This document shows positions 35,761 through 49,426 of a stretch of DNA of 64,000 nucleotides, piece after piece. Within the stretch, counting starts at the first letter, position 1; each line of letters opens with the position of its first letter. The translations under genes and the position numbers were made by a program. The notes beneath the pieces are model-generated. The model was not told where the DNA came from and did not search any database. It saw nothing but the letters and a program-made list of their open reading frames with translations. This DNA comes from Fimbriosthenelais zetlandica (taxonomy: Eukaryota), in NCBI GenBank assembly GCA_977030845.1, contig OZ365115.1, positions 28,644,001 through 28,708,000 on the forward strand, written 5' to 3'.

Positions 35761-38199
35761 ATGGAGGAAATGATACCATTTTATATTGCAATAGGGGCCC
35801 TTACAACCATTATCTGTTGGAGATCTTATTCAAGAAGAAATTTACCACCCGGACCAAAAGGCATACCATTTCTTGGAAATCTCTTGCAATTTGATCAAAG
35901 ATTTCCCCATCAAACCGTGGAAAAGTGGACCAAGGAACATGGAGATATTTTCTTGATTAAATCCATAGGCACTGATATAATAGTCATCAGTGGAGAAGAT
36001 TTGATTCATCAAGTTCTGGTCACTGACTCAGATTCTTATTCACGCCGACCACGCTTAGTACGGGTTCGAGAGATATTCCATAAACACAGGTTTATCATAT
36101 CATGTTCAGAAGTCTCTGAGAAATGGGTAAAGTTGAAGACAGCAGCCACGAAGTCTTTGAAGTCGTATGGAGAACGAAGAAAGACAATTGAGAAATTGAC
36201 AATGAATTCGGCGGGGGAAATGTTGGAATTAATTGATCACAATCAGGAAGCTTTCGACCCACAAGACATCTTCCAAGTCACAATCGCCAAGATAGTATTC
36301 AATCTGGTAATCTTAGTATCCACTTAGCACCCGCTTAGCATCTCAACCCAAAGATTATACATTTGATCACTGAATCAATATGGCCATATACATGTAAACA
36401 AGCTAGTAGCTGACAATACAATGGGTGAGAGTAAATTTGAAGGTGTTTCAGACATTTAATACTAGACACCAATAGTTAACACCAAATTTAAATTCACCCT
36501 TTGGCTTCCACTTAAGATATACTGAGAATCACTTTTAAATATATTTAGGTCGGTCTCTGATTTTCAGGGTGGGTCCGCAGCTAGGTGGAGCAGCATATTT
36601 CGCCCTGAATGTAAAAGTTTAATGTTTTCAAGGATGATGAGCAAGATTTGATATCTTTTCAGACTTTTGGCCAGAGCCTGGAGGACGCAAATGCTAGAAT
36701 ACTCACTGAAGCTGAAAGAAAACGCTCCAAATTAACCATCCCAGGAGGGAGAGGGACAGAATTAGAGGTCATCCCATGGCTGCGTTACTTCTCCAAATCA
36801 CTTGCCAGGGAAACAGAAACAATCTATAACGAGATGAGTCAAGTTCTCAGCCCAGCAATAGAGGCTTGCAAGGTGCCTAAATTTGACACTCTTTATGAAA
36901 TATTTCCTTTGTACAATGTGTTCAACCGATAACTTGATAACTTTACAAAGCTCCTTATATAAATCTTTCTTCTTTCAAAACAGTTGCAAGCAGTGGGAGA
37001 CAATAATGTTGTGAGGGCACTCCTGAATCACAACTTTACAGCCAAAGAGGAAGACAGACTCAGTGAGGGAGACATCCTCTCCACAGCCCTCGATATAGTT
37101 TATGCTGGTGGGCGAAATTAGTTTAATAATTTTTCAAGGTTATTGCTTGCAGGTTCAGTCGATTATACCCCGTTTTGATGTGACAAAATATTTTTGATTT
37201 GATAGGTATAAGCACGACTTCTGCTGCTCTCTACAGCCTTGTTGCCTTTTGCATTACTCATCCCAAAATCAAGACAAAAATCCAAGCTGAGATTGATGAA
37301 GTTATTGGATCACGATTACCAAGCTTAGACGACAAGAACAACATGCCATATGTCAGTGCTACAATACTGGAACTATTGAGAATCATCTCCCATGTACCTC
37401 TCTCACTTCCTCATGCCACGACAAAGCAGGTCAACATTGGTGGATACACACTGCCCAAGGGTCAGGAGGTAAAGATTTACATCAGAGTTACCAAAACCAC
37501 TGATGGCTTAATTAATTGTGAACTCTTTATTTCTAATAAAGCTGTTGTTTGTGTTAAACAGATTTGGCTGAACCTGTGGTTGCTACATCATGATGAGAGA
37601 TACTGGGATGAACCTTATGTTTTCAAACCAGAAAGATTCCTCACAGCAGAAGGTCAGCTGGTGCCTCCCGGTCACATCAACAGACGCAGGTCAGTGCTTA
37701 CAAATTATAGTAACATATTAAGCTTTAAAGCATTATAACACAGGTCAGTCAAAGAATTTGATTTATCAATGTTATGTGCACAATCCGGAAGCTAGTGCTT
37801 CACACATTCCACAAAAGAAGTAATGAGTTTCTAAATTTATTGATCATTCAAGCAAATCAATGATCTCAGAAATGAAGTCCCTCCTATCCTTGTCATATAT
37901 TCTACCAACTAGCAGGAAACAAATCAGCCCTGGTAAACATTATAATAATTATTGCTGTAATAATTGACCTCTGCAGGCTGATGGTATTTGGAGCGGGACG
38001 GCGTGTTTGTATAGGAGAGAACATTGCTAAAAGTCGTCTCTTCATCCTCATCTGTCTGCTCTACCAGAGATATAACATTCTGCCTGAAGATGATCAAAAT
38101 CTTCCTGTCTCTGACCCTCGTCAATACAAGAAACACTTTGTACTCCGGCCAGACAACTATAAGATCTCTTGTGTTCCACGAGGATCAAGCTCTGTCTGA
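35761..38199 (+). CDS. Cytochrome P450 clan 2 (CYP1/17/21/2-like), copy B
   Basis: Exons 35761-36306, 36663-36872, 36984-37107, 37206-37468, 37562-37689, 37977-38199; PPGP, I-helix AGISTT, ELLR, KPERF, FGAGRRVCIG. Confidence 0.93.
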
Positions 38200-38793
38200 T
38201 TTAAGCAGTATATTTACCTTAATGTTATATACAATACATTTGTTTTGTTCGTTAAATCGGATTTTCTGATATAAGAATAAGATACATAGATAGAACTGAC
38301 CAAGACTTGGCTTCATATGGAAGTTCACAGTTATTGATATTAAAAAAACGGTATATAAAAATTGTCCATAGTAATAAATATATTACAATCTCCATAATAT
38401 TCAATAGATTAGAAGTGATAACAGTTCAGTTAAATAGGTCAGGAAAATAGGTTCAGCTAAATAGGTCAGGAAAATCTCCTTCAGACTGGAGGAAGCAAGA
38501 GATTATAGACAAAGATTGGAATGTATATATCAGTAATATTCCAAGCTCATCCACTTAGTTATAGTAACATGAGGGCCTCCGTGAATTGTATAGATCATGT
38601 ATTTTCATTGTATCTTGTAAATCCCAAATTTATAGGATAGAATATAGCTACTACAGCTGCAGGGCTCGTCAAAGACTGTGACGAAGTTAGTCATACATTC
38701 AAAGAATTTTAGTAGTTTAGTTAGTTCTCGACTGGGTCTAACACGATCGTACCAACAACCCAGAAACATATTCCTACAAAGAATCATTACAAA

Positions 38794-41016
38794 ATGGAAG
38801 GAATTACACAACAGTTACTGTACTATGTGATAGGAGCACTGTCGATCGTTGTCTTTTGGAAGTATTATTCGCGAAGAAATTTACCACCTGGACCAAAAGG
38901 CATACCTTTTCTTGGAAATCTTTTCCAATTTGATCAAAGATTTCCCCATCAAACCGTGGAAAAGTGGGCAAAGGAACATGGAGATATTTACTTGATTAAA
39001 TCAATAGGCACTGATATAGTAGTCATCAGTGGAGAAGATTTGATTCATCAAGTTCTGGTCACTGACTCAGATTCTTATTCAAGTCGACCGCGTTTAGTAC
39101 GCACTCAAGAGATATTCCACAAGAACAGGTTAATGATATCATTTTCAAAATATTCTGAAAGATGGATGAAGGTGAAGAAAGCAGCAATGAAATCATTGAA
39201 GTCTTACGGCGATGGACTGAAGAGAATAGAGGAACTAACATTGGATTCGGCAGAAGAAATGTTAGAAATCATTGATTCGCACAACCAGAAAGCCTTTGAC
39301 CCTCAAGATATCTTTCAAGTTACAATGGCCAAGATAGTCTTTACTTTGGTGATTTATAACTTTGATTTCCATGTACTTTGATGGGTAACGTTGTCATCTA
39401 GGACCGCCCCAAGTTAGATAAATATCATAACCAGTCTACATCAAAATCTTGGAAATAAAATGTAGAAAATAATATTAAAAAACTGACTTCAAATATTTCC
39501 TCAAGTATTAGAAATATACATGTAATTGGGGCTGGCGTGAAAGAGGTAATAAGCATGCTCGTAAAGATTTGTTAATTGGACAAATTGTTTTCAGATATTT
39601 GGCCAGCACATAGAGACTTCAAAAGCTAAAATTCTCACTGATGCCGAAAGGAAACGTTCAAAGTTAGCTGTTCCAGGAGGGAGAGGGTCAGAATTGGAGG
39701 TTATCCCATGGCTGCGTTATTTTTCTAAATCGCATGTGAGAGAGACAGATACTATCTATAGCGATATGAGTCAAGTTCTCAACCCAGCAATAGAGGCTTG
39801 TAAGGTAAAAAAAAATTAGACACTTGATCTACATGGAATATTTCCCTTCTACAATGTGTTCAATTAACAGATCACTTTATGTACAAAGTTTCTTATATAA
39901 ATCTTTCTTCTTTCATAATAGTTGCAAGGAGTGGGAGACAATAATGTTGTGAGGGCACTCCTGAATCACAACTTTACAGCCAAAGAGGGAGACAGACTCA
40001 GTGAGGGAGACATCCTCTCCACAGCCCTCGATATGGTTTATGCTGGTAGGAGAAATTAGTTTTACAAGGTTATTACCTGCAAAGTTCTGTAGATTATATC
40101 CTTTTTGATGTGACAGCATATTTTTTGATTTGATAGGTATAAGCACATCTTCTGGAGCTCTCCACAGCCTTGTTGCCTTTTGCATTACTCATCCAAAAAT
40201 CAAGGCAAACATCCAAGCTGAGATTGATGAAGTTATTGGATCACGATTACCAAGCTTAGACGACAAGAACAACATGCCTTATGTCAGTGCTACAATACTG
40301 GAACTATTGAGAATCATCTCCCATGTACCACTTGCACTTCCCCATGCCACCACAAAGCAGGTCAACATTGGTGGATATACACTGCCCAAGGGTCAGGAGG
40401 TAAAGCTTTACATCAGAGTCTCCAGTTCGATACCACTGCATGGTGACATGTGAACTTGCCATTTCTATTAGAGGTGTTGTTTGTGTTAAACAGATATGGG
40501 TGAACCTGTGGTTGCTACATCATGATGAGAGATACTGGGATGAACCTTATGTTTTCAAACCAGAAAGATTCCTCACAGAAGGTCAGCTGATGCCTCCCGG
40601 TCACATCAACAGACGCAGGTCAGTCAAAGAATTTGATTCATCAATTGGACATTATATACAAAAGCTGGATCATTCAAGCAAATAATTGATCTCAGAAATG
40701 AAGTCTTTGCCATATATTTTGCCAACTAGCAGGAAACAAATCAGCCCTGGTAAACATTATAATAATTATTGCTGTAATAATTGACCTCTGCAGGTTGATG
40801 GTATTTGGAGCTGGACGGCGTGTTTGTATAGGAGAGAACATTGCTAAAAGTCGTCTCTTCATCCTCATCTGTCTGCTCTACCAGAGATATAACATTCTGC
40901 CTGAAGATGATCAACATCTTCCTGTCTCTGACCCTCGTCAATACAAGAAACACTTTGTACTCCGACCAGACAACTATAAGATCTCTTGTGTTCCACGAGG
41001 ATCAAGCTCTGTCTGA
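38794..41016 (+). CDS. Cytochrome P450 clan 2, copy C
   Basis: Exons 38794-39348, 39595-39804, 39922-40045, 40137-40399, 40494-40618 (3-nt in-frame deletion), 40794-41016; same motifs, I-helix AGISTS. Confidence 0.93.
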
Positions 41017-41631
41017 TTTAATCATTCTATATGTTTGTAAAATTAGAAAACTAAAAAGTATTGTTATTCATTCAATTATATAATAGAAAGGTCTCAGTTA
41101 TATCTTTACCAAAGGCAGGATAATGTTATAAATTTCAATTTCCAATAAAGTGATGAGAATCAATTATGAGTTATCAATTCATTGATGGATCTGGCAGTGT
41201 ACAGAAGGGCCTAGTAAAAATGTTATATAGAATGGTATTTTTTAAGATTTGATTAAATAATTCATGTTTTGAAAGGGTACAAATAATTATTCATGATAAT
41301 TGTCGGTGATACTTGTGACTTTATAACTCATTTTTCCTTTAACTCTGAGTACCAAATTGACACACACACACACAGCAACAAGCTGAAAATCGTCATAATT
41401 TTAAGTGAGCTTGAATATTCCAACATATCATGCTGAAAATGTTACATAAATATGATATCAAATGGTCAATATGTTTATCCCATAATTTAACATTTTTGCG
41501 CACTTACATATAGGAAAATCAATACTAGATTTGCTAACAGTTCATTTCTTCAATATATTGATGAGATGAAAAGGATTGAACTGGATAAAAAAAGGGAGAA
41601 AGATCCCCAGATAGTCATTTCTGAGATAGTC

Positions 41632-44605
41632 ATGGAGGGGACTGTACCGTTGTATTTAGCAATAGGGGCCCTAACAATTTTTATCTTCAGGTGGTATTAT
41701 TCAAGACGAAATTTACCACCTGGACCTAAAGGCATACCATTTCTTGGAAATCTTTTCCAATTTGATCAAAGATTTCCCCATCAAACCGTGGAAAAGTGGA
41801 CCAAGGAACATGGAGATATTTTCTTGATTAAATCCATAGGCACTGATATAGTAGTCATCAGTGGAGAAGATTTGATTCATCAAGTTCTGGTCACTGACTC
41901 AGATTCTTATTCAAGTCGGCCGCGCTTAGTACGGATTGAAGAATTATTCTACAAATCCAAGTTCAACATATCATTTTCAAAAGTGTCTCCAACATGGATG
42001 AATGTGAAGAAAGCAACCATGAAGTCTTTCAGATCTTACGGAGATGGACTGAAGAGAATCGAGGAACTGACATTGGATTCAGCAATAGAAATGTTGGAAT
42101 TCATCGATTCACAAAATCAAGGTGCTTTTGACCCTCAGGACATCATCCAAGTCACAATTGTCAAGATATTATTCAATCTGGTAATTACTAAGTACTTTAC
42201 TTTAATTACTAATTAAGTACTTTAGTTTAATTTACGTGCTAAACCTATATCGCTTAACATGCTGACTATAAGGAAATCATTTATAAGAATAAACATGCAT
42301 GGTATGTACAACCATATGACATGATTTATTGCCAGAAATACAAAGGGAATAAATATCGGGGGGCAAGATACTATTTTAGTTTTTTTTAATAAAAAACGCT
42401 ATTTTAATTATGACTGATCTATTATATGAACATTATAAGGAATAGACAATATTTTCCCATAAACGTACCATTAAGTGAATCCTGAAATTATACATCAGAA
42501 ATAACATCAAAATTTTTAGGCATTTGGTCAGAAGTTAGACGATTCCAAAGCAAGAATTCTCACTGAGGGCGAGAGACGAGCGACACAGTATGGTGTTCCG
42601 GGAGGTAGGGGGACAGAGCTGGAGGTTTTCCCGTGGTTAAAACACTTCCGTAAATCTTTTGTCAGTGAGATTCATGCTGCGTATGATAGCATGAATGAAG
42701 TGACCAGCACTGCAGTGGATGCTTGCAAGGTAAAGGACAGATGGTTCCTTAACAGGGTTCAGGGTAGCCATAGAAATGTTATTATTTGACTGTTAAATAA
42801 TTATTGTATTCCATTAGATTTCACTATTATTGAATTTAACTACATGTATGTAAACCGGATGCCCATGGAAGCCAGGCTTTATGCACAGACTCGAAAACTC
42901 ATCAACAGGGTTCAGGGTAGCCATAGAAATGTTATTTCATATCTGAAATTGCTATCAGTTTCAAATAACATGCCCCACCATTGGGGAGAACAGACTATCA
43001 TGATATTATATACTGACGTCTCTTTCTCAATTATTTAAATAGCTACAGGATGATTCCAACAATAATGCAATCAGAGCAATTCTCAACTGCAAGAATGCAG
43101 GCGGGCAGGAGGGTCTACTCGGCGAGGAAGACATCTATATCTATGCATTGGATATGATATTTGCAGGTTGGCACCTTTGGGACACCAACAATTTATTTTT
43201 ACCAGAATTGACAGATAACCAATCCATGATAAAGGCAGGAATCTGCCTATAAATAATATCATAAGAAAATAGTCTCTAGTGTAGAGTTTTGGTGTCATTA
43301 TACAAATTCCAATTTCTCTCTCAAAAAAAACCTTGGATAACACCCTCTAAGTACCCTTCTACGATTGGTATGTGGCATGATTATCGGACACAATTATGCA
43401 ACAGCAAATAACTCAATATTAAATCTCCACTTCCTATAACCATGGCATAATCAGCAACTCACATTACTCATCATTAATAGGTATGAGCACATCCGCCGCT
43501 GCTCTCTACAGCCTTGTTGCCTTTTGTATTACTCATCCCAAAATCAAGGCAAACATCCAAGCTGAGATTGATGAAGTTATTGGATCACGATTACCAAGCT
43601 TAGACGACAAGAACAACATGCCATATGTCAGTGCCACAATACTGGAACTATTGAGAATCATCTCCCATGTACCACTTGCACTTCCTCATGCCACGACAAA
43701 GCAGGTCAACATTAGTGGATATACACTGCCCAATGGTCAGCAGGTAACATTTAAAATCTGAAAATCTATTTCCTGGGCCAAGATCAGAATCTGGAACTGT
43801 CTTTGGATTTCATTCCGATGATTATACATATGAATACATTTTACAATTAACAACACTTTAGTACAATCGGTAGTTTATGTGTCATCTAAGATATTATTTG
43901 TTCTAAACTCAAACTATTAAACAGATATGGTTGAACCTGTGGTTGCTACATCATGATGAGAGATACTGGGATGAACCTTATGTTTTCAAACCAGAAAGAT
44001 TCCTCACAGCAGAAGGTCAGCTGGTGCCTCCCAATCACATCAACAGACGCAGGTCAGTGCTTACAAATTATAGTAATATATTGAGCTTTAAATCAAATAC
44101 ATGTATACACTAATGATATATTGACCCAATTATACAATTAGAGATCTGGGATCCATGTTAGAATTCAATTGGATCCTGAACAAATAGCCTTTTTGGCTTG
44201 AATGTAATGGATGCCCATTATGGTTAGCCAAAGGAATTGTAGCACACAATGCCACGTCGAAGAATTTTATTCATATTATACTAACCCCCCCGATTTAGGG
44301 TGGTACTGTGTAATATTGTGGGGAATTTTGATATTCATTCAATAATACAATTAGGTTTGACTGCTTCTTAATTTTTTTTTAGAGTGATGTCTTTTGGAGC
44401 AGGTCGACGTGTCTGCATTGGAGAGAGCATAGCTAAAAGCCGTCTCTTCATTCTCATCTGTTTGTTGAATCAAAGATATGATCTTAGGCCTGGAGATGAC
44501 CAGCATCCCCCTGTCTCTGACCCGCGGACATACAAGTCAACCTTAGTCCTGCGGCCTGACAGCTACAATATTCGTTGTATTCCCAGGCAGTCTGTCTATG
44601 AATAA
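41632..44605 (+). CDS. Cytochrome P450 clan 2, copy D
   Basis: Exons 41632-42180, 42520-42729, 43043-43166, 43481-43743, 43925-44052, 44383-44605; I-helix AGMSTS, FGAGRRVCIG. Confidence 0.93.
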
Positions 44606-45431
44606 AAGCAAGATTCATTCAATGCCCTTTTCCAGCCCTTTTCACAATAAACTAGAAATCACTTTACATGTATTATGTTTCTGCTCGAAACACTGGGTTT
44701 TTCTATAGGAGGCCTATAGTACAGTACATGTATTGTATTAAAATGATGGCCAGATATATGCATATGGTATTGGGTACGGTACATTTATGATTAACATGGT
44801 TCTTGCGCCTTTTGAATTGTCAAAAGTAAGACCTTTTTAAGACTTCATAGTACCTAATTTGAATGAAAAATAAGACCTTTTTTAACATAGGAAAATAACC
44901 TTATGTAACATTTGTTAAAGCACATGTGTATAGATCAAGGCAGATACAAATGTTTCTTGTGTGAACTAATATAAATTCTTGTTCTTGCGAACTAATTGTT
45001 CAATAAGGGAATCCAAGTTTTCAAGTTTCCTTTTCCTGTTTTTCATTCTCTTTCTGAGAGTGTTTGACTTGGTACTCTCCCCTATCATTCAAAAGTAAGA
45101 CCTATATAAGACATTTCCTCCAAATAGCAGACAAATAAAACATTTTCAGGCCTTATTTTTGGAAAATAAATAGTAAAACCTTTTAAGACTTTGTAAGACG
45201 GCGCACGAACTATGTGATAAGAGCATGATAAGAGATTATATACATCAATAAGGTTAAACCCTAAATAATAAGGGTCAACTTTAAGGTTCAACTTTATACC
45301 ATGTTATGGAAATCGATATCATACTATTTTGAGAAGGATGTTTTATCGAGGCTGGAGATGTCAGACACTGACAAACACTGGACAAACCAAGAGAGCATAG
45401 AAAAAGAATTTCCCGATAAATTCTTTACAAA

Positions 45432-48215
45432 ATGGAGGGAATTACACCAGTGTATTTTGCAATAGGGGGCCTTACACTCTTTATCTTTTGGATGTACTAT
45501 TCAAGACGAAATTTACCACCCGGACCAAAGGGCATACCATTCTTTGGAAATTTCTTCCAATTCCAAATACAGCCCTACCAAACCGTGGAGAAATGGGCAA
45601 AGGAACATGGAGATGTTTGTTTAATTAAAATATTAGGCGAAAATATCGTAGTCATCAGTGGAGAAGATTTGATTCATCAAGTTCTGGTCACTGACTCAGA
45701 TTCTTATGCAGATCGACCACGCATTGTACGTACTCGAGAAATTTTCTTCGACTACAAGTTCAACCTAACATTTTCAGAATTCTCTGATACATGGATGAAG
45801 GTGAAGAAAGTAGCCATGAAATCATTGAAGTCTTACGGCGATGGACTGAAGAGAATAGAGGAACTGGCACTGGACTTAGCTGGAGAAATGTTGGAAAACA
45901 TTGATTCTCACAAGCAAGAAGCTTTTGACCCACAAGACATCTTCCAAGTCACAATGGCCAAGATAGTATTCAATCTGGTAGTTATAAAATTAAATTAAAT
46001 TTATAATAAATTTCGTCGGCCTAGTGATGATACCTGCTAAGTACATTTTGACAATTTACAGGAGAGACAAAAAACTGTTTTAGAAATGATTATTGCCAAA
46101 ATGGTGGTTAGCAGGTCTCAGCACTAGACCGTCATGTTGATTGCAAGAATCGATGAAACACTATTTTAGTCAAAGAAATATTTAAAACATGTGAAACAGA
46201 GAAGATACTGTAGTACTAATACGTAGGTAGTGAAAAGACATAGAGCAATACAAAAATGTGCATGCCACTTCACTGTATTACATTATGATATCTGAATACA
46301 AGAATCTATATATCTAACCAGGAAATGACACTGAAGCCATATTTATTTTAGGTATTTGGTCAGGAGCTGAATGATTCCAATGCCAAGATCCTCACTGAAG
46401 CCGAACGAGAAGGCTCACAGTTAGGTGTGCTAGGAGGCAGAGGAACAGAGCTGGAGGTCTTCCCATGGTTACGACATGTCCGCAAATCTGTTGTTGAGGA
46501 ATTGCAAACAGTCTTTGAAAAAATGGCTCAAGTGACAAGGCCTGCAACCGCTGCTTGCAAGGTGAGTGAAATATTAGGACAACATATATCTTTATGGTCT
46601 GTTTAACCAGTCTGTGCCAAATACTTTCAATTATTATTGAACAGCCAGTATAAAGACATAATACTAGCCCTTTCAGGGTCCTGCTGGACTGAAATAATAT
46701 TGTAAAAATATCACAGTTTATACCTTTGTCTAAACTATACTTTAATGTAGGTGCACACAGGACTTTTCCTATATAACTATCCGCAGAAGCACAAAAGACT
46801 GTAGGAAGAATCCTTATTGACTTGTTATAGTCTATTGACAGCACATCTATTAAATTGCCTCATCTGAAACTTTCAAATACCATCCCATTCCACGGCATAC
46901 CTTCTGGACGAATTGGCCTCCAACCCCAACTTTTGTCACTTTCATTTATAACTAAGAGAAACATGGTTCTTGATTTACTATGTTCATTTAATAGGAGCAA
47001 GATGAGTCGAACAACAATGTAGTCAGAGCTATTCTTAACAGTAAGAGTGAAGGAGGGGATGGTAGTATACTCAGTGAGGAAGATATCCACGTCACTGGCA
47101 TGGATATCATCATTGCAGGTGGGCTTCATTATATTAACATGAATAAATTTATATTCGGCTATGGCATATTCATCCTAATTGCTTCATTATGTATGTGATC
47201 AACTCTTTTCAATTTAATAGGCATAAGCACATCCGGTGGAGCTCTTCACAGCCTTGTTGCCTTTTGTATCAATGACCCGAAAATCAAGGAAAACATCCAA
47301 GCTGAGATTGATAAAGTTATTGGATCACGATTACCAAGTTTAGACGACAAGAACAACATGCCATATGTCAGTGCTACAATACTGGAACTTATGAGAATCA
47401 TCTCTCATGTACCTCTTGCACTTCCCCATGCCACGACAAAGCAGGTCAACATTGGTGGATATACATTGCCCAAGGGTCAGGAGGTAAAGCTTTACATCAG
47501 AGTTACCAGTAGCACACCACTGATGGATCCAAGATTTGGAAAAGAGTTTGGGGATGGCTGAGATTAAGTCGTAATTACATGATAGAAAACAAACAATTTA
47601 ATATAAATAATTTAAATATCAGCAAATCAAGCTGTTGTTTGTGTTAAACAGATCTGGTTGAACCTGTGGTTGCTACATCATGATGAGAGATACTGGGATG
47701 AACCTTATGTTTTCAAACCAGAAAGATTCCTCACAGCAGAAGGTCAGCTGGTGCCTCCCGGTCACATCAACAGACGCAGGTCAGTGCTTTATTTATTTAT
47801 AATGTTTATACAGCGATATATAAGGGTCATAGTGCTTACAAATTATAGTAACATATTAAGCTTTAAAGCATTATAACTATGGATTTTGACTTTGTACTCA
47901 AAACTTTATATACAGTATAGATACCCTGTTTGTGTAATGGCTCAATAATATCATTATGTGTTAGGTCTAAATGCTGCTGAAAATGTTTCTAGGGTGATGG
48001 CTTTTGGAGCAGGTCGACGGGTCTGCGTCGGGGAGAACATAGCTAAAAGCCGTCTCTTCATTATCATCTGTTTACTCTACCAAAGATATGATATTCTGCC
48101 CGGGGATGTTCAACACCCTCCTGTCTCTGACCCACGAAAATACAAGGCCAACTTTGTCCTTCGCCCTGACGCCTATAAGATTCGTTGTATTCCAAGGGAA
48201 TCTGTCAAAGCCTGA
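45432..48215 (+). CDS. Cytochrome P450 clan 2, copy E
   Basis: Exons 45432-45977, 46352-46561, 46995-47118, 47221-47483, 47652-47779, 47993-48215; FGAGRRVCVG. Confidence 0.93.
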
Positions 48216-48530
48216 AGCTTGATTGAATGTCTTAGTTTCCAGCCAAAATACGGTACATCCTCGATATACCGCCACCATTAGGACCTGGTCTAAAATTCAC
48301 GAAAATTAAAGTTCCCTTTTTTAATTCTAATTATGCAGCATTGCACAAAGGATAATCCTACAATCTAATTCCATTATAGCCTACGGTCATCTTCACTCAT
48401 TTCCTTATCAACTTATCTAAATAATTCAGACCCTTTGTTTCTAATCCACTACGGATGATCTAACCGTCTTATCAATAAATTCCTGGGTATACTCGCCGAC
48501 CCTCGCGATTGACGATTGTAACAACCAATT

Positions 48531-48662
48531 ATTTCAAAGTGCGTTAAAATTTGGGACCGCTCAACGCACTTTGAAATTTTTTTTCAAAGTGTGTTAAAAT
48601 ATGGGTCCACCTCAACGCGCTTTGACATTTTATTTCAAAGTGTGTTAAAATGCGCTTTGGAA
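48531..48662. repeat. ~51-bp tandem hairpin repeat (about 2.5 copies)
   Basis: ATTTCAAAGTGCGTT (48531-48545) / AACGCACTTTGAAAT (48563-48577) form a perfect 15-bp stem; degenerate copies follow. Confidence 0.85.
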
Positions 48663-48965
48663 ATGGTGTTCCAGGAGGGAGGGGGACAGAGCTGGAGTTT
48701 TTCCCGTGGTTAAGACAGTTTCGTAGAATCTTATGTAAGGGAGATTGATGCTGTGTCTGATATATGTAGCATGAACTAAGTGACCAGCACTGCAGTGGAT
48801 GCCTGCAAGCTAAAAGGACAGACTCGATACCTCTTTAACAGAGTTAAGAGTAGCCATAGAAATGTTATTATTTGACTGTTAAATAATTATTGTATTCCAT
48901 CAGATTTCACTATTATTGAATTTAACTACATGCATGTAAACCGAATGCCCATGGAAACCAGGCCT
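48663..48965 (+). pseudogene. Relic of a D-type CYP exon 2 (3' part) plus intron 2
   Basis: GGTGTTCCAGGAGGGAGG..ACAGAGCTGGAGTTTTTCCCGTGGTTAA aligns with 42590-42880; frameshifted, and the donor is mutated to AAG|CT. Confidence 0.85.
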
Positions 48966-49426
48966 GATGCGTACTCAATAAAATGTTACACAACACAACC
49001 CGGTTCTCCCACACAGACAGCAGGCATGCTACCCTTTCTGCAGTTAAGGCCTATATGCATGAGGAGGTGAGCTTTATAAATCCAGGTGATTTAAAAAACA
49101 GTTACAGGAAGTGATCCAAAAGCAGGTCAAGTTGAGGTCAAGGCTTATATACGCAATAGGGCATGACTCAACAATGATATATCCTGTAATTAAGGGATAA
49201 CTTTATACGTCGCACCATGACATGGAACTCGATAATAATATTATACTAAATTTTCGAGATTGCATGTAGGTTGTATCGCGGCTGGAGAGGTCAGACACTG
49301 TCGCATCTGAGTGGGGACTGGTACTCACAATTCTGGTCACACATAGATGATCGTTTTCATCCATTAAATCACTGGACAAAACCAAGAGACCATAGAAGAA
49401 GAATTTCCTGATAAATTCCTTACAAA

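Noticed and set aside
41566-41631. N-terminal extension of CYP-D (also CYP-A from 34282)
   Set aside because: The paralogs all align from MEG/MEE at the signal anchor; the upstream in-frame ATGs are not conserved and are probably incidental.
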